Shown here: positions 61,405 through 64,000 of the stretch, one piece after another
Numbering within the stretch: the stretch's first letter is position 1
Layout of the letters: every line of letters begins with the position of its first letter
DNA from: Podospora anserina
Taxonomy: Eukaryota
Assembly: GCA_017654855.1 (NCBI GenBank)
Contig: CM030338.1
Location: forward strand, 2,852,001 to 2,916,000
DNA length: 64,000 bases
Direction of reading: 5' to 3'
Made by a program: the position numbers and the translations under genes
The notes under the pieces: generated by a model
Seen by the model: only the letters and a program-made list of their open reading frames with translations
Told to the model about the DNA's origin: nothing
Database searches by the model: none

Positions 61405-61619
61405 CCACGGTACAATTTGAACCCACAAATTTTAAGCAAACGGTGCCAAACTGCCCTGTCAGGGCTTCGACCAACGCAGCATTCTCCACGAGGCGAAAAA
61501 AAATCTCTGGTACAGGCCGGCCAAGTCGCAAGCAACCCCTCACGCCGCCTTGCGCTGCTCTTCCAGAAACCCATTAAACTTCCTCGAGACCTGCCAACGC
61601 GCAGAGGAGGTTGCCCATC

Positions 61620-64000
61620 ATGGTGAGTCGCGATCCTGTTCTACATAACCCCCACCGGAAGGCAGCTATCTCGACTATCTCGCCTGCAAATGCCCATATC
61701 GACTGCCCCCCCCCCTCCTCCCCGCCGCCGCCTCTACTACACCTTGTCGTCATCTATCACTACGCCGCCGTCGGATGGGCCGTTTATGACCACGAACACC
61801 TCGACTGACCTTCTCATAGCCTCCCCCACCCCATCAGAAGCCCGAGAATGTTCTCAAGAGGGCCCACGAACTCATCGGAGTTAACCAGGCCCCCGCGGCC
61901 CTCACCCTACTTCACGAGCACATCACATCGAAGCGGTCTCGCAATGTCCCCATCACATCGTTGGAGCCTGTGATGCTCCTGTTGGTCGAGCTCTCGGTCG
62001 AACAGAAGAAGGGCAAGCTCGCCAAGGATGCTCTCTATCAGTACAAGAATATTGCTCAGAACACCAATGTTGGCACGATCGAGGTGGGTTATGAGTGGAG
62101 TCAAGTTGGGTTATATTGCCGGTATTGACAAAAGTACTGCAGCTTGTTCTCAAGAAGTTCATCGAGTTGGCTGCCGAAAAGGTCACCGCTGCTCAGCAAA
62201 AGGCCGACGAGGTTCAGTCCAGCATCGAGGCGACCACCACCTCCGACAACGTTGAGGATCTCGAAGCCAGCGAAACCCCCGAGTCCATCCTCTTGGCCAC
62301 CGTCTCCGGCGAGCAGTCCCGCGATCGTACCGACCGTGCCATTGTCACCCCCTGGTTAAAGTTCCTGTGGGAGGCGTACCGCACAGTTCTGGACATTCTC
62401 CGCAACAATGCTCGTCTCGAGTTGCTCTACCAGAGCACTGCCATGCAGGCGTTCGACTTCTGCCTCAAGTACACCCGCAAGACTGAGTTCCGCCGTCTTT
62501 GCGAGCTTCTCCGCAACCATGTCCAAACTGCTGCCAAGTACTCGGCTCAAATGCATGCCATCAACTTGAGCGACCCGGATACCCTGCAGCGCCACCTCGA
62601 GACTCGTTTCCAGCAGCTTAACGTGGCGGTCGAGCTTGAGCTCTGGCAGGAGGCTTTCCGCAGTGTTGAGGACATCCACACCCTCCTCAACCTGAGCAAG
62701 CGCCCCCCCAAGAACATCATGATGGCCAACTACTACGAGAAGCTCACCCGTATCTTCCTCGTCGGCGAGAACTACCTGTTCCACGCCGCTGCCTGGTCCC
62801 GCTACTACAACTTGCTCCGCCAGTCTGCTGCCATTGTTGCGGCCGGTGGCAAGAAGTCCGAGAACCCCCCAACCAGCGAGGCTGATCTCCAGAAGGCTGC
62901 CACTTTCGTCGTTCTCTCGGCCCTGTCCATTCCCGTCATCAGCACCTCCCGCTCCCGCGGTGCCATGGTCGACTTCGACGAGGCTCGCAAGAACAAGAAC
63001 TCGCGTCTCACTCACCTCCTCGGCATGTCTCAGGCCCCTACCCGTGCGCTCCTCTTCCGTGATGCTCTGTCCAAGTCTTTGATCCGCCGCTGCCGCCCCG
63101 AGATCCGCGACCTCTACAACATTCTCGAGGTCGACTTCCACCCCCTCTCGATTTGCAAGAAGATCTCCCCCATCTTGGCCAAGATTGGGGCCGATGAGGA
63201 GATGCAAAAGTACATCATTCCTCTTCAGCAGGTCATCCTCACTCGTCTCTTCCAGCAGCTTTCTCAGGTGTACGAGACTGTCGACCTGGACTTTGTCGAG
63301 TCCCTAGCTCAGTTCCCCGAGCCTTTCCAGGTTACCCGCGCCACGATTGAGAAGTTCATCATGAACGGCAACAAGAAGGGCGATCTCGCCATCCGCATGG
63401 ACCATGCCACCGGTGTCCTTAGTTTCGATGCCGATGTCTTCTCCTCCGCCAAGGCTGCCCACGCTGGCTCCTCTGCCGGCTCTGCTGAAAGCGAGACTGG
63501 CTCCGTTCAGCGTCTCCAGAGCACTCCTTCTCAGATTGTGCGCTCTCAGCTCACCCGCGTCGCCGAGGTTCTTTACACCACATGCCAGTACATTGATCCC
63601 AAGTTCAACGAGGCGCGCATCCAGGCTCGCGATGCTGCTTTCGCTCGTGCCAAGGCTGGTGCTGAGAAGGAGCACCTCGAGATCCTCGCCAGAAAGGAGA
63701 TTATTCAGAAGCGCAAGGACAAGGCCTCTGAGGCTCAGGCCGCCCGGGATAAGGAGAACGCTCGCAAGAAGATGGTTCAGGAGCAGCTTCTCCAGCAAGC
63801 CGAGGCTGCCCGTTTGGCTGAGGAGCAGAAGCTTCGTGAAGCCAAGCGTCTCGCCAACGAACGGGAGCAGATCAAGCGCAAGGAGGTCGAGAGCATGCTC
63901 AAGGATATGAAGCTTGAGGATCTGGCTGGTGAGGACCTCGATACCCTGGACAGCAACAAGATCCGCATGATCAAGCTGCAGCAGCTTGAACGTGAGAAGA
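61620..64000 (+). CDS. TIF32: Translation initiation factor eIF3 subunit A (partial); exons 61620-61622, 61820-62083, 62143->64000
   Basis: [22 protein letters not shown]...[30 protein letters not shown]...[32 protein letters not shown] domain followed by a charged coiled coil. Confidence 0.95.

Overview
Eukaryotic, intron-containing genomic DNA from a filamentous ascomycete. Short GT-AG introns with CTAAC/CTGAC branch sites and the protein sequences point to Sordariomycetes; the composition suggests Podospora or a related Sordariales species (inference). It is a gene-dense housekeeping segment. In order: NUC1/EndoG (partial), ZIP zinc transporter, tRNA-Thr(UGU), Sth1/Snf2 ATPase, WDR70, PhyH-like dioxygenase, SWC5, peroxisomal SDR, peroxisomal GST-kappa, RPL41, RPA49, YTA7, PEX8, TMEM170-like, STE14, DGAT1-type MBOAT, PFS2, PP1/GLC7, intron-containing tRNA-His(GUG), RPB6, TFIIIA, Rdx-family protein, G-protein gamma and eIF3a (partial). 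Two spots hold genes I cannot assign to a family: an island at about 28-33.7 kb and a single gene at about 44 kb. Most notable observations: (i) an orphan ORF interrupted by an in-frame UAG in an A-to-I editing-like context, (ii) apparent distant paralogy among the orphans, (iii) a possible amyloid-signalling-like motif in one orphan, (iv) alternative PP1 C-termini through a retained last intron, (v) the RPB6/TFIIIA head-to-head pair also found in S. cerevisiae, and (vi) a recurrent C-rich to G-rich skew flip at gene 3' ends. No transposon, rRNA or CRISPR was seen. Gene models were spliced by eye and no database searches were run.
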